From the IMG/VR virus record IMGVR_UViG_3300047160_006886, positions 1 to 64,000 of that record: a DNA stretch of 64,000 nucleotides; one strand, written 5' to 3'. Below, one piece after another: positions 1 through 8,552 of the stretch. The position numbers were made by a program, and so were the translations under genes. This DNA comes from a virus. Under the pieces are notes generated by a model. The model searched no databases and had not been told where the DNA came from. It saw only the letters and a list, made by a program, of their open reading frames with translations. The first letter of the stretch is position 1. Every line of letters begins with the position of its first letter.

Positions 1-507
1 GCCGCCGTAGCCAATGTTGGGAAAGATCGTGGTCGGCGAGCCGTTCACGTTCTTGATGACCACCCACCGCATGGTGCTGCCCGGAGCCGCATGGGAAAAG
101 CCGGTGTAATCGAGCCAGGTTGTATTGGCCGGAGCCTGGACCGGGTTGAAGGGACCGTTCGCAGCGATGGGCGAGCCGGGCACGCCGAGCGTCGAAGAAG
201 CCCCGGCGTCGTAGAGGGTTGCCTGCACGTCGCTGGCCCCGACCGCCCCGGTTATCAGCTTGCAGTAAATGCGGAAGGAGTTGATGGTCTTGCCGCCCGG
301 AGGGATGCGGACCGAAAAGGCGATCCAGGTCGCTGCCGCGTTGAGGGTCTGGGCTTGCGGTGCCCAGGTCGAACCGGCTACTGACTGCGACTGCCAGCCA
401 ATCATGATGGGGTAGAGAGATTGATTGGGGGCGGCCAGGGACAGGGAGAACGCCCCGGCCAGGAGGATCGCCAGCACCGAGAGGAGAAGCCACCGATAGA
501 GTCTCAT
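1..507 (-). CDS. Signal-peptide-bearing beta-rich protein, 3' end outside window
   Basis: Manually translated from ATG at 507 (MRLYRWLLLSVLAILLAGAFSLSLAAPN...). The frame stays open to position 1. Not in the ORF track because it has no stop inside the window. Confidence 0.75.
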   Translation of the reverse strand, partial: MRLYRWLLLSVLAILLAGAFSLSLAAPNQSLYPIMIGWQSQSVAGSTWAPQAQTLNAAATWIAFSVRIPPGGKTINSFRIYCKLITGAVGASDVQATLYDAGASSTLGVPGSPIAANGPFNPVQAPANTTWLDYTGFSHAAPGSTMRWVVIKNVNGSPTTIFPNIGYGG

Positions 508-509
508 CG

Positions 510-1199
510 TTACACCACCTGCTGCGAGAGGATCGCCGAGACCGAGGCCGCACACTTCTGATCGCCCTGGTACTGACCGATCAGCGAGTGAGCACCCCGA
601 CCCAGAGTCGAGATCGCAAAGGTTGCCACACCGTTGACGACCGGTGAGTTGCCCAGTAGGACCGCCCCGTCGAAGAAGTAGCAGAGACCGCCGGGGACGA
701 TGGTCGGCGAGCTGGCCGGAGGAGCGACGGTCGCGGTCAGAGTCAGAATCGTGCCGAAGGCGACCGGACTGCCGGAAGTCGTCAGTACCGTCGTCGTTGC
801 CACCGGCACTACCGTTGGCAACTTGTTGCGGTACTTCATCAGGCCCAGAGTTCGCCGGACATCCCGGCCGCGGAGGTCGTAGGTCTTGTTAAACGCCTTG
901 ACCTCGTAGAGATCCGGCGGCGAAGAAGCGACCGGCGGCGGACCTGTACCGACGAGGTTCAAGTCATCGAGACAGCCAGCCCACATGATCGAGCCGACCC
1001 GGATGTCCAGATCGACCACCGCCGTAGCATCAACGGCGATGGTGTTGTTCTGCGGATCGAGCATCTCGGTTTGCTTCCAGACCCAGCGGACCAGAAGCGG
1101 TACCGGCGTCGAGACGGTGAACTGACCGTACCTGTCAGCCCCGGCGAACGGCCAGAGTACTGCGTCCTGATAGAGGTCAGAAGTTTCCAGCGGCGGCAT
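510..1199 (-). CDS. Head-closure (head-tail adaptor)-like protein with C-terminal Ig-like (Big_3-like) domain
   Basis: N-terminal AVLW...DRYG...VRW pattern is typical of phage head-closure proteins. C-terminal TTTVLT...LTATV...FFDG...LG...GAHSLIGQYQGD is Big_3-like. Lies among neck genes. Confidence 0.65.
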   Translation of the reverse strand: MPPLETSDLYQDAVLWPFAGADRYGQFTVSTPVPLLVRWVWKQTEMLDPQNNTIAVDATAVVDLDIRVGSIMWAGCLDDLNLVGTGPPPVASSPPDLYEVKAFNKTYDLRGRDVRRTLGLMKYRNKLPTVVPVATTTVLTTSGSPVAFGTILTLTATVAPPASSPTIVPGGLCYFFDGAVLLGNSPVVNGVATFAISTLGRGAHSLIGQYQGDQKCAASVSAILSQQVV

Positions 1200-1470
1200 A
1201 ATCGTGATATCCTTCGATCCGTCTTTGGCAATGAGCCAGCCCTTCAATGTTCAGCTGCCTCTCCTGTCTCAGCACCTTGAGATCATTCTCGGCGACCTGG
1301 ATCAGCCAGTCGAGCTTCTTGATGTTCTCTTCGAGGATGGCGGCTCTCTCCCCGGCTTGTTGCTTCCAGAGCTGCCGGGCTCTTCCACCGGTGACCCCTC
1401 GCGTGGGCGGTGGTCTGATCTTTTTCTTACGTCTGCATTCCTTCTTCTTGGCGATAACGGAGGCACGCAC
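1177..1470 (-). CDS. Small basic coiled-coil hypothetical protein
   Basis: Fills the gap between neck genes, with GGAGG upstream of the GTG start. Confidence 0.45.
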   Translation of the reverse strand: MRASVIAKKKECRRKKKIRPPPTRGVTGGRARQLWKQQAGERAAILEENIKKLDWLIQVAENDLKVLRQERQLNIEGLAHCQRRIEGYHDYAAAGNF

Positions 1471-1498
1471 ATCCCTGTCCTCCTCTTCTTTTTCTTGG

Positions 1499-1942
1499 TC
1501 ATGGCGGCGTGTTCTGAACCACCTCCGCCGTATTACCCACTTCCAGGGAGGTGAAGGCCGAGTTCTTGAGTGCCCCGGTGTCGATGGGCACGACCTTCAT
1601 GCTCTCCCGCTGAACCCGCAGACCGGCCAGGAGCATCGCCTGAGCGACCGTCTTACCAGCTTCCCAGGCGGCCGCGATGATCCCAGCCAGAGTGCCCTCG
1701 CTGGCCAGCCGCCGAAACGGCTCTTCCAGGTACTTCGCCTGCTTGCCCTCCTTGTGCTGGGCCTGGAGATTCTCGTGCACGTAGATAGCGTAGGACTGGG
1801 TATAGCCGACTGCGACCGACACTCGCTTCTCCTTCGACGCCTTCACCGCCAGTCCTTGCAGCTTGGCGATGAGCTTGTTCATCTCGACGATGGCGGCGAT
1901 GCCTTCCTTGTGGTCCGACGGCAGTCCGGGATAGGCCGGCAT
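1499..1942 (-). CDS. HK97 gp10-like neck/tail-completion protein
   Basis: VGY..SYAIYVHE...KYLE and PIDTGALKNS motifs; GGGAG RBS. Confidence 0.7.
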   Translation of the reverse strand: MPAYPGLPSDHKEGIAAIVEMNKLIAKLQGLAVKASKEKRVSVAVGYTQSYAIYVHENLQAQHKEGKQAKYLEEPFRRLASEGTLAGIIAAAWEAGKTVAQAMLLAGLRVQRESMKVVPIDTGALKNSAFTSLEVGNTAEVVQNTPP

Positions 1943-1954
1943 AGATCTTCTCCC

Positions 1955-2161
1955 TCACCACCTAACAATGGGGTGCCCGGCCAGAGCCAGGAGCACCGCG
2001 ATGCAGACGAAGACCGCACCGACAACCAGGATGATCTCGGCGACCTTCTTGAACGGCTCCGGCGGGTTGATCCTGCCGAGAGCCCAGTAGAGCAGCCAGA
2101 AGATTATGCCGCCGACAATCAGGTACAAAAGAGCCATTACGATAGTCTCAATCGAGATCAC
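1955..2161 (-). CDS. Small two-TM membrane protein (holin-like candidate)
   Basis: Two hydrophobic helices separated by INPPEPFKK. Confidence 0.6.
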   Translation of the reverse strand: MISIETIVMALLYLIVGGIIFWLLYWALGRINPPEPFKKVAEIILVVGAVFVCIAVLLALAGHPIVRW

Positions 2162-2208
2162 GATGCCACCATCCTTTCTTTCCCTTGCCCTTTCTCATAG
2201 TTCGTCGA

Positions 2209-3540
2209 TCAATAACCGCCTCCATCGAGGCCAGAGTTGGTGTCCGAGGTCCGCGTCGAAGTGCCGGCCACGATCCACGGTGAGCCGATGGTCGCTCCGC
2301 TAGTGACGTTCTCGAATCGGCAGCTTTTGCTGCCGATGGCCGGGTTGACCCAGACGCCGGCAACCGTGAAGCCGCCGGCAATGGATGACGAGCGGCAGTG
2401 GAGTGCTCCGCCCTTCTGCACCTTGAGGCCATAGTTGGTGGCCGTACCGCCGCCAGGATCGACCGGCGTGCTGCGATTATGGCCGTTGATGTTCATGGCG
2501 TCGATGGTCAACAGGTCGGGACTCTGACAGTCGACCGCAGTCAGGTCCGCTTCCGATGAGAGATAGCCGATCCGTCCGTAGAACTTGCCGCTGGTCCCGT
2601 CCGGCTTGATGCCGATCTGGAGGCCGGTGTCGTTGGTCTGGAACTGGATCGAGGCGATGTCCCACTGGTTCGAGAGCCGCACGGCGAAATGCCACTGAGT
2701 CGCATTCCAGGGGATCGAGAGCCGGCCTTGCCCGTTGGCGGCGATGCCGACCGAGTTGGGCCAGGTCGTCAAGTTGCCGGTCAGCAGGACATTGTCGAAG
2801 AGGACGCCGAGGTTGGTCGGCATCAGCTTGCCGACCACGTAGGGATTCTGACCCTGCCCGCCGCAGTCGCGGATGGTCAACCCCTGCATCTGCTCGCACT
2901 GGAGACCGCAGGCGAGAGCGTTGGTCGAAGTGTTCTTGACCGTGCAGCCCTGGAGGAATCCTCCCCGCGTGATGTTCGCCCCGCTGGCATTGCAACCTAG
3001 GAGCGGTCCGCCGTCGTTCTGACCGGAGATGGTGGTGTTCGAGAAGCTGACGATTGAGAACTTCGACCCGCTCCACATCGAGGTCAAGTCGACGAGGCCG
3101 GTCGCCGAGTTGCCAGTGCCGAGGTAGACGTTCCCCGGCGGCAGAACGATAGTCACTCCGGGGCTGACGGTGTTGACCAGCGTCTGAAAGGCGACGTGGA
3201 CGTCGGTGCCCCCGCCGGTCACTCCGTTGGCACTGGCATCGACGAGACCCGGCGGCAGAGCACCGGCACCGGGAGGTCCCTGCGGACCGACGGGACCGGG
3301 AGGGCCGGGCTGACCGAGTCCCGCTGGCAGGTCGGAGGCGACCAGCTTGACGAACCGCGGCGGCTGGACGATGAGACCATTATTGACGACCAGCTGATCG
3401 CAGAACTGCCGCTGAGCCGCCGCTTGAGTAGCCGTGGCAGCAACTGTGGCAGTGGAGTTCGTCGGTCGCGAGAAGGCGACCCCGAAGAGTCCCGCCAGCA
3501 GGACTGGAGTCAGCCAGAACAGTCTAAGCCACTGCCTCAT
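2209..3540 (-). CDS. Signal peptide + short collagen-like segment + right-handed beta-helix (pectate lyase/tailspike-like) protein
   Basis: Hydrophobic N-terminus, GQPGPPGPVGPQGPPG, then NGVTGGGTD...AFQ..VN...TIVLPPGNVY beta-helix cap followed by G/N/T-rich rungs. Confidence 0.65.
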   Translation of the reverse strand: MRQWLRLFWLTPVLLAGLFGVAFSRPTNSTATVAATATQAAAQRQFCDQLVVNNGLIVQPPRFVKLVASDLPAGLGQPGPPGPVGPQGPPGAGALPPGLVDASANGVTGGGTDVHVAFQTLVNTVSPGVTIVLPPGNVYLGTGNSATGLVDLTSMWSGSKFSIVSFSNTTISGQNDGGPLLGCNASGANITRGGFLQGCTVKNTSTNALACGLQCEQMQGLTIRDCGGQGQNPYVVGKLMPTNLGVLFDNVLLTGNLTTWPNSVGIAANGQGRLSIPWNATQWHFAVRLSNQWDIASIQFQTNDTGLQIGIKPDGTSGKFYGRIGYLSSEADLTAVDCQSPDLLTIDAMNINGHNRSTPVDPGGGTATNYGLKVQKGGALHCRSSSIAGGFTVAGVWVNPAIGSKSCRFENVTSGATIGSPWIVAGTSTRTSDTNSGLDGGGY

Positions 3541-3995
3541 GGATTGTCTCCGAAGACGCCGGTCACACCCTGGCCGGTCGAGAAGCCGTTCGAGGGGCAG
3601 GGATGAGGAGTGCCACCCCAGAATCCCCTTGCCACCTTACGCTTGTCGATGGCCTCCAGGCAGCCGGAGTAATCGAGCCGCAAGGCATCCTGGCCGTACC
3701 AAGAACCCTCGAAGCCCTTGCCGGTCTGACCGAGAAAGGACCCTGAAGCGTTGTCGGTCGACTTCTGCTGGAAGCCCCGGTCCATCGTCTGGTAGAAGTG
3801 ACAGGCCAACAGCGTCTCGATGTCAGTCAGCTCGTCGTCGGTCATGACGACCGGCGGCACCCTGGAAGCAGCACAGGTAACAACCCGGTCAACAACCAGG
3901 GATGCCCGCTTGATGTATGGAATCAAGTTCGGTTTCCGCTTAGTATCGTAATCCCGCTGCAGAGTCGCCTGCACCTGTCCGGCGGTGGTTCGCAT
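3537..3995 (-). CDS. Head-tail connector protein (gp6/DUF4054-like)
   Basis: IE.LLACHF...G.G..GSWYGQ.A..LD pattern; located downstream of the MCP. Confidence 0.7.
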   Translation of the reverse strand: MRTTAGQVQATLQRDYDTKRKPNLIPYIKRASLVVDRVVTCAASRVPPVVMTDDELTDIETLLACHFYQTMDRGFQQKSTDNASGSFLGQTGKGFEGSWYGQDALRLDYSGCLEAIDKRKVARGFWGGTPHPCPSNGFSTGQGVTGVFGDNP

Positions 3996-4103
3996 AGCTC
4001 AACCTCGCTTTCCGTCCGCTACTTATGATGGGGCCGGCGGAGTGCCCAGTCCCCGACCGGCCCCTGACGCGAGAGACCCCTCTACTCACGTCGTTGCCCT
4101 CTC

Positions 4104-4766
4104 TCAGCCGGCCGGCACGTGCTGTCGGAGGATGGCGATGATGTCCTTCTTCGACTTGGCCGAGCCGAGCGGGATCTCCTCCGAAGCCGCGTGAGCCTTC
4201 AGCTCATCAACGGTCATTTCATCGTAAGTGTCTTCGTAGTCGACCGGCTTGGGATACCGCCCAACATCAGTCTTGTGAGTGTCGAAGCCCTCCTTCGCCG
4301 CTTCCGCCGCCGGCGACAACCGCCTAGCCTCCTCCTGAACCCGCTTCAGGAAGTCATCAAGGCTCTCGCCGGGCAGCTGGTAGAGCTGACCCGGAGGAAC
4401 GACTGCCGAGCCGGCTCCATCGCCGAGTACCCGCTCGAACTTCGGCAAGGCGTTCGTATCACGGGAGTTGAAGAGCAGGCACAGATCATGTTCACTCTCG
4501 ATGATGTCAGTTGCCTCGCGGAGGGCCGTCTCCAGTTGGGGATTGTCATCACCGCGATGGACGGCAGCCGCATGCATGCCACGAGCTGCATAGAGCCGGA
4601 TGGCCCGCCTGGCCCACTGCTCCGGGGTCTCCAGCTTCGTCTTCGGATCGCCTTTGTCGTCGAGGAACGGCTCATTGGTCTCCGGGTTGATGACCGGAAC
4701 CATCTTTCGCTCGACTCGCGGATCGGTCGCTACGTAGGTGCCGGTCAGTATTCGGAAAAGTGCCAC
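4104..4766 (-). CDS. Head-associated protein with C-terminal Rho-N/HeH-like helical domain
   Basis: YDEMTVDELKAHAASEEIPLGSAKSKKDIIAIL at the C-terminus; strong AAGGAG RBS. Confidence 0.65.
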   Translation of the reverse strand: MALFRILTGTYVATDPRVERKMVPVINPETNEPFLDDKGDPKTKLETPEQWARRAIRLYAARGMHAAAVHRGDDNPQLETALREATDIIESEHDLCLLFNSRDTNALPKFERVLGDGAGSAVVPPGQLYQLPGESLDDFLKRVQEEARRLSPAAEAAKEGFDTHKTDVGRYPKPVDYEDTYDEMTVDELKAHAASEEIPLGSAKSKKDIIAILRQHVPAG

Positions 4767-4914
4767 GTCAGTTCTCCTTCTTTCGTTCTGGGCCAGGGGG
4801 GATGGTAAAGTCTGAAATGGCGGCCCCGGCCCCCCTTGGCAAGTTGGAAGCAGGCCCCCTTTTTTCTCCTAAAGTGTTCCCGCTTCACAGGCCGAGACCG
4901 CCAGGTCGCCCTCA

Positions 4915-5076
4915 TCAGGCCGCTTTGGCCAGATGCTCTTTAGCGGCCTTGATCTCTGCCGGCGAAGATCCGCCTGTCACGGCGGTGATGATGGCTGCCA
5001 CGTCACGAGCGACGGCCAGCCAGTCCTTCGCTTCGGCGTCAGTGAAGAGTTTCAAGACGAGTTGCATCAGAGGCAT
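4915..5076 (-). CDS. 53-aa hypothetical protein
   Basis: Manually translated MPLMQLVLKLFTDAEAKDWLAVARDVAAIITAV...; AAGGGAG RBS; below the ORF-track size cutoff. Confidence 0.6.
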   Translation of the reverse strand: MPLMQLVLKLFTDAEAKDWLAVARDVAAIITAVTGGSSPAEIKAAKEHLAKAA

Positions 5077-5118
5077 GGTTTTTGTCTCCCTTTCAAGGGG
5101 TAAAGGTGATGATGGAAA

Positions 5119-5484
5119 TCAAGGGTTCGCTTCCTGGTACATCTGAGTTGTGTCGGCTTCGGTCAGAGTCGAGGTGACGCTGTCGAAGGCATCCTTCACC
5201 GGGATGACCAGAGCCGGTGAGTCAGCCAGGTTCTGCTCGATGACATCGTCTCTGATCCGCCGGTGTCGGCGGTTGGGGCTGGTGACGATCTGGTAGACTC
5301 TCGCCGCCGGGGGCTTGCAGAAGCCCAGCCCGCCGGAACCTAAGAGCTGGAGGATTATCGTGATGATCGTCTGCAGGATCGGCCCGCCGATGCCAGTAGC
5401 CTGCGGTCCGGTGCTGCCGCCTTCGCTGGCAACTACGTTGTCGACAATAGCCTGGGCTTTCTGCGTGATGACTGTCAATGCCAT
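5119..5484 (-). CDS. Hypothetical protein with central hydrophobic segment
   Basis: Start overlaps the S53 gene stop; ILQTIITIILQLLG hydrophobic stretch. Confidence 0.7.
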   Translation of the reverse strand: MALTVITQKAQAIVDNVVASEGGSTGPQATGIGGPILQTIITIILQLLGSGGLGFCKPPAARVYQIVTSPNRRHRRIRDDVIEQNLADSPALVIPVKDAFDSVTSTLTEADTTQMYQEANP

Positions 5485-6911
5485 TACGGGTGTCCTTGTA
5501 GTTGGAGAATACGGGTGTCAATGTAACGATTGAGCATGGCGTCCACCTTCTTCTGCCCGGAGTTGGTCTCTATCGCTTCCAGGCCGCGGAAGGCCTGATC
5601 GAACTGATCGGTCAGGCTCTGCTGCGTCGGTGGTGGAGGAGGAGGAGCGGTCCCGCCGCCGCAGACCGCCTGGCAGGCGGCGAGGGTCGCGTACTGACCG
5701 TTGGGATCGACCACGCAGATACCATTGACGCAGGAGTACTTGAGCGGTGGTGGTGGCTGGACCTGAGCACCGGAGAGCCGCTGGAAGGAGAGTGCTCCCC
5801 GCAAGGCACCGAGGCCAGAGGCCGGGTCCCAGCCCTGGGTGGCCGGGAAGTGCGGAGTGATCAGTCCACGTGCCAGGGTGTTGTTGCCGCTGGTGATGTC
5901 GAACCAGTCCTCCGGGTGCTGGTAGAGCAGCGGATTGACCAGACCTAGTCGGGGCAGCCCTACCGCCTCGCGAACGGCGTTGACGACGGCGAAGTAGGCG
6001 GCCATGAAGGGGGCGACAGCTGAAGTTCCACCGACGACTCCGAATGGAGTCTGCCATCCAGTAGCTGGATCGCCAGCAGCGCACACGTCAGGAACGCCAC
6101 GGCCGGTAGCAGCAGCAATGCCAGACTGATAAGAAGGAACAGGCTCAATGTCAGAGTAACCGCCACCAGTAGCTCCGCCGCTAGCATTCCAAGGACTCTC
6201 ATTGGAGATCGCTCCGTTGTTGACGACGATGGTGGTAGCTCCGCAGCCGACCACGTAGGGGGAGGAGGACGGGAAGTCGCAATTCTTGCCGGTGCCGCCG
6301 TCGGAATCGCCGGCATCTCCGGAGGCCACACACCACGTCAGGCCGGCTTGGTTTCCCGCTTGAAAGTTGCTATCCATCGTCTGGATGTAGGAAGAGCCGG
6401 AGGTCTGGTTCTCGTTCTGGCCCCACGAGATGCCGCAAGCGGAGGGTCGAGACGAATGCTGCGGAGCTTGCTGGATACCATGCTCGAAGCCGGTGTCCGA
6501 GTTCGGGCAGAAGACCATCAGGAACTTGGTCGGCGTGTTCGTGCAGTAGCTCCAGACCAGCCCACAGCAGATGTCGAGTTCGACCTCCACATCAGCCGAG
6601 TTGGGGTCACCCGTGTAGGAGTTCTTCGCTCCGTCAACGCCGAGGTCCGTGAAAGCTGGGTGAGGAATGCCGTACTGATCGCAGAAGGCGTTGATCTTCG
6701 CCGGGTCATAACCGCCTCCCAGCTCAATCAGAGCGATGGTCTGCGGAGAAAATTGGATGCCCTGTTCGTAGAGCTTCGGCAGTCCGTAAAGAGTGGCCAT
6801 CTCATAAGGCGAGAAGCCGCCGCTGGCATGCAGCGGAGCGTAGGCGTAGTTGTGGAATCTCGGCCGGCCGACCCTGCGTGCCCGATGCCTGGCTAAGCTG
6901 CTCGTCGTCAT
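5484..6911 (-). CDS. Sedolisin/kumamolisin-like serine protease (S53) with C-terminal Cys-rich repeat
   Basis: Catalytic motifs EVELD, SGDAG and GGTSAVAP; Ca-site DITSGNN and GWDPASGLG. Start chosen at ATG 6911 (AAGGGAG RBS). Confidence 0.9.
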   Translation of the reverse strand: MTTSSLARHRARRVGRPRFHNYAYAPLHASGGFSPYEMATLYGLPKLYEQGIQFSPQTIALIELGGGYDPAKINAFCDQYGIPHPAFTDLGVDGAKNSYTGDPNSADVEVELDICCGLVWSYCTNTPTKFLMVFCPNSDTGFEHGIQQAPQHSSRPSACGISWGQNENQTSGSSYIQTMDSNFQAGNQAGLTWCVASGDAGDSDGGTGKNCDFPSSSPYVVGCGATTIVVNNGAISNESPWNASGGATGGGYSDIEPVPSYQSGIAAATGRGVPDVCAAGDPATGWQTPFGVVGGTSAVAPFMAAYFAVVNAVREAVGLPRLGLVNPLLYQHPEDWFDITSGNNTLARGLITPHFPATQGWDPASGLGALRGALSFQRLSGAQVQPPPPLKYSCVNGICVVDPNGQYATLAACQAVCGGGTAPPPPPPTQQSLTDQFDQAFRGLEAIETNSGQKKVDAMLNRYIDTRILQLQGHP

Positions 6912-7029
6912 GATGTCTTTCGCTCCCTTAGAAAGAGGACTCCCCGCAGTCAAGCCGCAGTCAGCGGAAGAAAGGAACCAGCTGCGAGGAGCCCCTTCTC
7001 CGAGGCTACGAAGTCTTGCGTGTCTAGAA

Positions 7030-7052
7030 GGGCCGGGCAACGCACCCGGCCC
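7030..7052 (-). terminator. GC-rich hairpin, possible terminator or attenuator upstream of the S53 gene
   Basis: GGGCCGGG-TGCGTTG-CCCGGCCC followed by a short TTCT tail. Confidence 0.45.
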
Positions 7053-7113
7053 CCTGTTGCAGTGAACTAGCCCGAAGGCTGCACATCAGAATCTGCCAGA
7101 GAAGTCACTGCTC

Positions 7114-7422
7114 TCATCCCCTGATTCGAGTCCTGGTGACGGATCGCTCTCTCACCCTGGGTGCTCGCTGCCGGACGTTGACCCGCTCGCGAATGATGTT
7201 GTTGTTAATGACGAACGGAGTCGACTGGAAGCCGACGAAGGCCGGCAGGGTCGTGAAGCCCTGGTTGCAGCCGCAGCCGCTGTTGAAGCTGCTGGTGCTG
7301 AACTGGCTCTGGAAGGCGAACGAGAAAGCCTGTGGGCAGGCGTCAGCCCTATTCGCCGGCATCAGGCAGAGAAGCGAGAGGAGAACCAGGACTCCAACCA
7401 AGATGTTCTTTGCGTCCTTCAT
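7114..7422 (-). CDS. Small secreted protein
   Basis: Sec signal ending in ADA-C; AAGGAGG RBS; Arg-rich C-terminus. Confidence 0.7.
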   Translation of the reverse strand: MKDAKNILVGVLVLLSLLCLMPANRADACPQAFSFAFQSQFSTSSFNSGCGCNQGFTTLPAFVGFQSTPFVINNNIIRERVNVRQRAPRVRERSVTRTRIRG

Positions 7423-7461
7423 GAGTGAACCTCCTTTGAAAAGGTGTTGAGTTTCGATCTG

Positions 7462-8532
7462 TCATTGTCGTCTAGTATTCCCTTGCCCACCGCCGCCGTT
7501 CCAGGTCTTGAGGAAGCCGAAGAACTCGTTGACGGTCAGGGCTGGATGGTCCTTCGGCATCAACGGTGCGGAGGGGTCCTTGGTCAGGTACGGATTGTTC
7601 GGGAAGTTGAGATAGGGCACGACCTTGCTCATCCGGTCCTGATAGGACATCGCCGCATAGGCCGGCAAGTTGAACTTCTTCCAGCCGGCTCCCTGGGCAT
7701 TGGCATGACATTGAGCGCAGCGGGGCTGGAGGACCGTGGCGTTGAACCGCTCGAAGGAGCTGGTGTCGACGGCCTGAGCTGCCGGGATAGTCGTCGTGGT
7801 GGTCGAGGTGCCGACTCCCTGACCATCGGTCTGAGCGGTCGCCGTCGTGGTGGTGATCTGCTGTGAGGTCTCCAGCTGCTTCAGCAGGGCTGGCAGGACG
7901 GTCAAGGCGAAGTTGGCTTTGGTCTGCATCAGAGCCGCCTGGCTGTTGCCGTCGACGACTGTCTGGACGACCGAAGTGCCTCCCTCGATGGCCCGGTCCA
8001 ATACCGGCGGGATCAGACCGATGGCCGAGAAGAGGTCCTGGAGCGCCTGGTTGGCATTGATGCCGCCGTAGGGCGGCGTGTTCACCTGAATGACTTGATT
8101 GCCACCGGCGAACGACTGCGACTGATGAGAGTAGGCGTTGCTGGCGATGGAAGTTTGTGGTGGCGTCGGGAAGGATGCCTGGAGGGCCTGCGAGAAGAGG
8201 CGGTTGTCCTCGATCTGAGCCTTGAACTTGGCCAGGAGCGCCCACCGGTTGATCGCCGTCTTGGAGATCACCTTCGTATAGTTGTACTGACCGGCCGTCT
8301 TGAACCACTGCCACTTCCAGCCGCAGCAGGGCACCCACACCTGCTGCTGATACCACTGACCCTCGACCCACTCGCGGGAATACAGCTCGCCGGACTTGGT
8401 ATAGTAGTTGTCTTCAGCGAGGGTGAAGCCGTCTTCATTGACCGAGCCGATCTCGTCGTCGGCACGGAGGAGAGAAGAGACACTGAAGCCAAGGAGAAGG
8501 AAGGTCGTCGCCAAGAGAAACCGAAACTTCAT
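7462..8532 (-). CDS. Secreted protein with C-terminal planctomycete cytochrome c-like domain (CAQCH)
   Basis: Signal peptide MKFRFLLATTFLLLG...; VLQPRCAQCH...MPKDHPALT...FLKTW resembles PSCyt1-type mono-heme domains; AGGAGG RBS. Confidence 0.75.
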   Translation of the reverse strand: MKFRFLLATTFLLLGFSVSSLLRADDEIGSVNEDGFTLAEDNYYTKSGELYSREWVEGQWYQQQVWVPCCGWKWQWFKTAGQYNYTKVISKTAINRWALLAKFKAQIEDNRLFSQALQASFPTPPQTSIASNAYSHQSQSFAGGNQVIQVNTPPYGGINANQALQDLFSAIGLIPPVLDRAIEGGTSVVQTVVDGNSQAALMQTKANFALTVLPALLKQLETSQQITTTTATAQTDGQGVGTSTTTTTIPAAQAVDTSSFERFNATVLQPRCAQCHANAQGAGWKKFNLPAYAAMSYQDRMSKVVPYLNFPNNPYLTKDPSAPLMPKDHPALTVNEFFGFLKTWNGGGGQGNTRRQ

Positions 8533-8552
8533 CGTTCTGCCTCCTGTGTTTG

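Noticed and set aside
4870-4920. Hammerhead ribozyme (CUGAUGAG on minus strand)
   Set aside because: It is the double stop TGATGA of a small ORF, with no correctly placed GAAA or stem III.
6912-7040. N-terminal extension of the S53 ORF from TTG 7040 (likewise the extended starts of terL 50099 and polA 61145)
   Set aside because: These extensions lie in hairpins or overlap other genes. Downstream ATGs fit the domain starts and, for S53 and terL, have clear RBSs.
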